Positions 58,919-64,000 of a stretch of DNA of 64,000 nucleotides are shown here, piece by piece. The translations under genes were made by a program, and so were the position numbers. Under the pieces are notes generated by a model, which worked only from the letters and a program-made list of their open reading frames with translations, was not told the DNA's origin and did no database searches. Source of the DNA: a virus. Lineage: Duplodnaviria; Caudoviricetes. Positions within the stretch are counted from its first letter, which is position 1; each line of letters starts with the position of its first letter. The DNA lies in the IMG/VR virus record IMGVR_UViG_3300020814_000535. One strand, 5' to 3'.

Positions 58919-60304
58919 TTAGCGACCGATTAGGTTTACAACAACGATCTTATTAGCGCCACCAGCGTAGGTAACCAGGGTCGGAACGCCACCAGTAGCA
59001 CTACCAGTTAGTTGATCAAGTTGACCAAGATTCGCGCTCGAAGAACCAGCAGTTTGGTTTGCCATCGTACCTACAGAAGCGGTTCTCAGAGCGGGATTAT
59101 ACGCGGTACGAACATACTCGAGATTGTCCTTCGGATAATCGATTACCTGCAGCACCTGACCAACGATAGTGGCAAAATTGTCAGAAGCAGGGTCCGCGCG
59201 CACGAAGTTCGAGTTAGAATCGCACTTCAGATACTCGCCACGAACTAGCTCGGTCGTGGTTGCAACTACACAGCCAAAAGAAGAAACCACAGTAGGAGCA
59301 GTTGCGTAATGATAATAAGTAATCGTAGTCGCGCCACTCACAGGCAGACTCGAACCAGTAGCGCTGTACACAAACAGAACGCCCATCTCGTAATCCATCC
59401 ACCAGTCACCAGCCTGAGTAATCTCAGCAAGCGAATCCCGCTCAGTTACCAGGAGAGTTGTGCTGGACGAAGTAATCGTTGTACGAGTTGTATTCTTGGC
59501 AATCGGTCGGTTATCCAGCGAGCAAGCCACAACTGGATAGGTATCAAGGCACGGGAAGGTACCAGTCGAGCTATTGTAACGATCGGTAGCCTGAATCCAA
59601 GTACGGGTACGCCATCCGCCTGCACCAGTAAAAGGCACCGCAGAACCAGTCCAAGTAGTAGGAAGCGCCTCAGAAGTAACCTGGCCAGGGATCAACGGGA
59701 GCTTAATAACATAATCGCAAAGCAACGCAGCGCGATGTTGCATATTATAATTTGTCTGACGATAGGCTACTGGGTTGAAACCATCGTCTAGAGTCGACCC
59801 GTCGCCAGCCCACTGAATCATCGGGTAAGGGCAAACGCCAACTGGGTACTTTACGGTACTGTCATCAAAAGCGACACCGAAACGACCCATAAAACCTGAA
59901 GTAACTGCACCAACGCCAGCGTTAGCAGCAGTCCAGGTAGGATCCTTCTCGCCAGTAAGATTAGAGAGGGTCACTGTCTTGGCAGTCGTAACAGCAGCGC
60001 CAGTTGCAATGTCAATTACGCCAGCATCGATATCGTTCTGGGTATAAGTGACAGTTGCGCTGGTAAGGCCGTACTGAGCAGGCATAAGGCGACCATCCGG
60101 ATCAAGGGCAAGAATCTTGCCAGGCATGATGGTCATCCAGTTTTCATAATGCTTATCATAAAACTTTACTGGTAGCCAAGCAGCAGGCCAGAAATCGCCA
60201 GCAGGGCGCTCGCCTTCACTGTGTTCAATATCCGGAACAATATTGCCTACGTGGTCATACGGCTTGAAAGTAGCTGAATATTGACCTAGTGAATTAATAC
60301 TCAT
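58919..60304 (-). CDS. head decoration/cement-type structural protein
   Basis: between protease and capsid genes; T/A/G-rich; 'PGKILAL', 'GEYLKCDSNSNFV', 'IVGQV'. Confidence 0.6.
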   Translation of the reverse strand: MSINSLGQYSATFKPYDHVGNIVPDIEHSEGERPAGDFWPAAWLPVKFYDKHYENWMTIMPGKILALDPDGRLMPAQYGLTSATVTYTQNDIDAGVIDIATGAAVTTAKTVTLSNLTGEKDPTWTAANAGVGAVTSGFMGRFGVAFDDSTVKYPVGVCPYPMIQWAGDGSTLDDGFNPVAYRQTNYNMQHRAALLCDYVIKLPLIPGQVTSEALPTTWTGSAVPFTGAGGWRTRTWIQATDRYNSSTGTFPCLDTYPVVACSLDNRPIAKNTTRTTITSSSTTLLVTERDSLAEITQAGDWWMDYEMGVLFVYSATGSSLPVSGATTITYYHYATAPTVVSSFGCVVATTTELVRGEYLKCDSNSNFVRADPASDNFATIVGQVLQVIDYPKDNLEYVRTAYNPALRTASVGTMANQTAGSSSANLGQLDQLTGSATGGVPTLVTYAGGANKIVVVNLIGR

Positions 60305-62328
60305 CTATTTCCTCCTAAAAAATTAATGGTTTCGATATCTGGGGGTAAAACCCCTTGCGCCTTGAATTTTTCTACGAAAGCCTTTGCTTTATCGAACCCC
60401 TGATTTACCAAAATCTTTATCGCGCAATCTCTAATTTCCGCCAATCGCTCTGCGTCTATTACCACGGGCTTCTTTACTTCGTCCTTAACTTCTTGTCTAA
60501 AACCCAATGTCGGATCTTCTACCGTCTGTTGTGGAGCATCTTTTGTAAGCCCTGAATTTATTTTCTCAAAAATTTGCTTCGAGTCAACTTGTGTATAAAG
60601 CACATTAAGCATATTTCTCAATTCATCTTCAGTCTTTGTGATTAGCTCATCTTTATTAATAGTAGCACCAGTAAACCCATTAATAAAGATTACGAAATCA
60701 ATAAAGTTTTCTTTTAGCTCTTTTGTGACCTTTGACATCTGCTCGTCAAGCGCATTTTGGGTTTCATATGCAGTCGCAAGTTCTTTTTGTAAAGAATCGA
60801 GCTGCTCTAGCTTATTCTTAATCTCTTCGCATTCAATATTACTATCAGCTACTTTGTTTTCTACGTACTCCTCCATACCCCGTTCTTTCATTGCGGCTGT
60901 TAGGCCATTTTGGAGTTGCAGAAGTTCGTCATCCTCGAATTTATCAAACCAATCGAGGTTGAATTGGCCGATGCCAATAGTATCTTTCTTACTCTTACTA
61001 GTACAACCAAGGCGAGAACCTTTTCGCTCGATGCATGCGCGGATTCTGTTTTTGTCTCCAGGACCTTTGTACTTTCCTAATAGACGCAGCGCGGCAGAAA
61101 AATGGGCACAGTCCCCAACTGGAAAACTTTTATCTGGTCCACAAAAAGTTGAAGCAGGAAGTTTCTTGCGAGCAGCAGCAGAAAGTTTAGCGTCTACCAA
61201 CTTTTGAAGATCTTCTCCCTCTAGGTCGAGGAACATTTGGCCATAAAGCAGATCTGATACTGTAGGTTCTGTTCCAATTACTTCTTCAAAAGAATCTCCG
61301 AGAGTTTCCTTGAGAGAATTAATAAGTCGTTCTTGTTCGGAAAGTTCTTTCTCTGGTTCTTGAACTACTTCTTGTTGGCTATCCGAGAGGACGAGATCTG
61401 TTTCCGCCTCGAACTCTGTTAGGGAGTCTTCCAAGTCAAAAGCTACTTCGTAGATACTGTCTTTGGCTACTGTTGTAGAAATAGAATCTTTCTTCTCTCC
61501 GTCAACAAAGAGTTCTAGTGTTTGAGAAAGATCGTCTGCTGGAGCGTTTACAAAGGAGTATTCGGAATAGATTAGGTTGCCCGCGATTAGTACACAAACT
61601 GTATCTACTTCATTAACCTTGTAGGTCTTTCCAGGCCTGTGATCACAGAAAGAATCGTCAGCCCAGTCTTTCTTACAAATCGAACAAATGGCTGCATCTG
61701 TTCTGGCGCCAATAGAACCTGTAAGATAACGCTGGTCGATAACTTTCTTGATCGAATCTGGATCGGTAATCGAGGCAGTTAGCTCAATGTAACCGACGCC
61801 AGGATACGAGGGATCTTTTGCGAATTGCTGATCTAGGAAACAGAAACGAACGACGTCGACAACCTGAGTGGGTTCAAGCTTTCCCTCAAAGAAGGCGTCG
61901 ATAAGATTGTCGCTAACTTCTAGATCAGTAATGCTGTCCTTGCGTTTGATCATGTCTGCGCGGAAGCCCTGAGAAATATCTACATATCGCGCATCACGAA
62001 CTCGGCCGATTGCGTCGTCAGTCTTCTCGTGATGAAGAAGAATAGGCTTGGCAAAAGGAGCTAGCCAGGTACCCGCCCCATTCTTCATCTTGTCAGGAAG
62101 ATAAAAGCCATGGTTTCCCGTCACTCTGGCAGCATGGGTAGCGGCAATCTTTGCACCAAGAGACTTTGGAAGAACTAGATTGGTATTGTCTTCCTTGGCG
62201 CGGAATCGACGAGGAACAGGCTTTTTAAAAAGAGAAAAGAAGTCTTTCTTGCCTGCATCTTCACTATCGGTCAGCAAAGCAAGAGGTTTCGCGGTAAAGA
62301 AATCGGTAAATTGAATAAAACGTGCCAA
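60301..62328 (-). CDS. prohead protease fused to a scaffold region
   Basis: 'PILLHH...IGRV', 'YLTGSIG', 'CSIC...CDH', 'EYSFVNAPAD'; acidic coiled-coil C-terminus. Confidence 0.8.
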   Translation of the reverse strand: MARFIQFTDFFTAKPLALLTDSEDAGKKDFFSLFKKPVPRRFRAKEDNTNLVLPKSLGAKIAATHAARVTGNHGFYLPDKMKNGAGTWLAPFAKPILLHHEKTDDAIGRVRDARYVDISQGFRADMIKRKDSITDLEVSDNLIDAFFEGKLEPTQVVDVVRFCFLDQQFAKDPSYPGVGYIELTASITDPDSIKKVIDQRYLTGSIGARTDAAICSICKKDWADDSFCDHRPGKTYKVNEVDTVCVLIAGNLIYSEYSFVNAPADDLSQTLELFVDGEKKDSISTTVAKDSIYEVAFDLEDSLTEFEAETDLVLSDSQQEVVQEPEKELSEQERLINSLKETLGDSFEEVIGTEPTVSDLLYGQMFLDLEGEDLQKLVDAKLSAAARKKLPASTFCGPDKSFPVGDCAHFSAALRLLGKYKGPGDKNRIRACIERKGSRLGCTSKSKKDTIGIGQFNLDWFDKFEDDELLQLQNGLTAAMKERGMEEYVENKVADSNIECEEIKNKLEQLDSLQKELATAYETQNALDEQMSKVTKELKENFIDFVIFINGFTGATINKDELITKTEDELRNMLNVLYTQVDSKQIFEKINSGLTKDAPQQTVEDPTLGFRQEVKDEVKKPVVIDAERLAEIRDCAIKILVNQGFDKAKAFVEKFKAQGVLPPDIETINFLGGNR

Positions 62329-62329
62329 T

Positions 62330-64000
62330 TTATGCCTCCTGAATTACTGGCCTAATATGACATTCGCATCCGTTGTGATGTGGAGAAATGTCCTGGATAT
62401 CCAGATCGTCGATATTCAACTTGCGGCCTCTGTAACTTGAACACTTTGGGCAAGCAGAATCGTTCGGTACAGATTCGATTTCCTTATGCCCCTGAAACTT
62501 CATACCTAAAAGGTTACCATAGTTGTAAGCTTTCGATAACTCTACATTGGCAATGTAATCAATACGATAACGGAGAGACTGGAAAACATTCCTGATCTCA
62601 GCTATGAAAGAGTCCAGATTATCCTTTGTTATCTCATTTTTAAGCAGATCATAAACTCGAGATAAAATGTCTTTGCTTAATCTATCCAAGAAATGGCGGC
62701 ATCGTTCAGTGACCCTATTCCTTCCTGACTGGATCATTGCGCTGGCCTGATGTGCCCTTCCGCCAGTTTGATCGTTGAAGCCTGAAACCAATTCAAGTCC
62801 TCCACGAGCAGAGAGAGTCTTGATTACATTGTCAACCCAAATATTAGAAACCATTTCGATCTGTTTGTAAGAAATCTCATTGAGATTCTTTACCGCTCTG
62901 TCAATATACTGAACAACATCAGATTCCAAATCTTTGTACTGTTCGGAGAGGAAGTCTTTCTTCTTTGCAGCCGGCTTTTTAGCCGCAACCACTTTAGGGG
63001 CTGGAGATTTGGCCGCTTTATCAATCTCCTTTTGAGTGCTTACACTCTTTTGGATTTGAGGTTGTGTAATAGCTGTTGATCTTGATTCTGCGGCAGCCTG
63101 TGCGCTAGCCAAAAATGGCTCATCTACGGCCTTGATCAGGGCCTCGGGCTCGCCAAACAACTTCCACTTTGTATTAAACCAATCTGGATATTTCTTAGGA
63201 TCCTGACTCTTTCCATCTTCCGGAACTAGAATCGGTTCTCTGCCAAGAGCTGAACGAAATTCGGAATAGGTAAGACCGTTTTTATCAAACATATTTGCAG
63301 CATGCTCTTCAACCCTGACGCGATTCTCAATATCTATCTCTCGAAAACGCAATTTGACTATGTTTTTCTCGCTAAGAACATCAAAGCCAAAAGTAGACTC
63401 GAGAAGAAGCTCAGAAACGACTTCCATTGCAAACTGTTCTTCGAGAACGTCCTGGATATCTTTCACGCTATCAATTAGCTGTCTAGAAAGGGTATTAGCG
63501 CTGGCTCTATTGGCTGAATAGGCTTGGCCAAGATCGATTGTTGAAATACCAAGACCTGCAATAACCCTCTCGCGGAAGTACTCAAGATATTTTTCTGCCC
63601 GAAGGGCTCGTCCTTCAGAACCAATCATCTTAATTTCGTGCCGATGGGAAGTAACAATCCCACCCTCTGCAGGCATATACTGAATCTGCTCTTTTGCCAC
63701 ATCGATCTCATCTTTCCCGTCTTCTGTGTAACCAGCAGGCTGTTGATCTGTTCCGATTCTGTACTGGAAGAGAGGAAATAGATTTTGATAGATCAGAAGC
63801 TCAATGTTCTCCTCGATATGACGAAGAGAACGAATATCGTCCATTACAGGAACAAGGACTGGAGTTCCAAATACGAATCCTTCTTTTCTGTAGATGGAGA
63901 AATGAATAATGTCGTCTGGATTGTAATCTTTTGTCCTTCCGTCTGGCATTTGTTGGCGCCAACCGAGAATCTTGCCCGTATTATCATTTATTTTGACCCG
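62330..64000 (-). CDS. portal protein (5' truncated) with a C-terminal minor head (Mu gpF / SPP1 gp7-like) domain
   Basis: frame open to the window edge; 'DDIIHF', 'FGTPVL', 'ANRASA', 'SEFRSALG' portal motifs; C-terminal 'CPKC...PHHNGCEC'. Confidence 0.8.
   Translation of the reverse strand, partial: RVKINDNTGKILGWRQQMPDGRTKDYNPDDIIHFSIYRKEGFVFGTPVLVPVMDDIRSLRHIEENIELLIYQNLFPLFQYRIGTDQQPAGYTEDGKDEIDVAKEQIQYMPAEGGIVTSHRHEIKMIGSEGRALRAEKYLEYFRERVIAGLGISTIDLGQAYSANRASANTLSRQLIDSVKDIQDVLEEQFAMEVVSELLLESTFGFDVLSEKNIVKLRFREIDIENRVRVEEHAANMFDKNGLTYSEFRSALGREPILVPEDGKSQDPKKYPDWFNTKWKLFGEPEALIKAVDEPFLASAQAAAESRSTAITQPQIQKSVSTQKEIDKAAKSPAPKVVAAKKPAAKKKDFLSEQYKDLESDVVQYIDRAVKNLNEISYKQIEMVSNIWVDNVIKTLSARGGLELVSGFNDQTGGRAHQASAMIQSGRNRVTERCRHFLDRLSKDILSRVYDLLKNEITKDNLDSFIAEIRNVFQSLRYRIDYIANVELSKAYNYGNLLGMKFQGHKEIESVPNDSACPKCSSYRGRKLNIDDLDIQDISPHHNGCECHIRPVIQEA

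Noticed and set aside
193-63909. All plus-strand ORFs (e.g. 51818..52462, 58087..58767, 60638..61207)
   Set aside because: They lie wholly antisense to well-supported minus-strand genes and have no recognisable domains
1-64000. Stop-codon reassignment, as in some large phages
   Set aside because: The standard code gives near-complete coding density, and TAA, TAG and TGA all terminate genes directly before the next start
1-64000. CRISPR array, tRNA/rRNA genes, diversity-generating retroelement
   Set aside because: No intergenic gap exceeds about 80 nt; no repeat-spacer pattern, reverse transcriptase or template/variable repeat pair was seen

Overview
The whole window is one minus-strand, gene-dense virion morphogenesis module of a large contractile-tailed (myovirus-type) dsDNA phage, roughly 40-45% GC by eye, using the standard genetic code. 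Reading from 64000 downward: portal with a fused minor-head domain (truncated), prohead protease/scaffold, decoration protein, major capsid protein, neck proteins, a stand-alone TnpB insertion, tail sheath, three tail-tube paralogs and two tail chaperones. At the usual tape-measure position sit two giant, translationally coupled proteins, followed by a baseplate hub with an M23 peptidase, spike/wedge/J proteins, large baseplate and fibre proteins, a high-GC two-gene adhesin cassette, a lipoprotein and three glycosyltransferases. The main finding is the 1548-aa protein at 35837..40483. It carries, in colinear order, recognisable motifs of both double-psi-barrel halves of a multisubunit-type RNA polymerase (catalytic DYDAD, RHP, paired lysines, switch, bridge helix, trigger loop), flanked by hydrophobic segments. 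It is a candidate single-chain, virion-delivered RNA polymerase, coupled to a 2111-aa membrane-segment protein interrupted by two LAGLIDADG inteins. Other points: the TnpB's predicted guide is the tail-sheath start; a neck gene starting at CTG was truncated by the ORF track; over half of the genes use non-ATG starts; a conserved motif suggests leaderless promoters; and there may be a virion glycosylation system. All functional calls come from reading motifs by eye; no searches were run.
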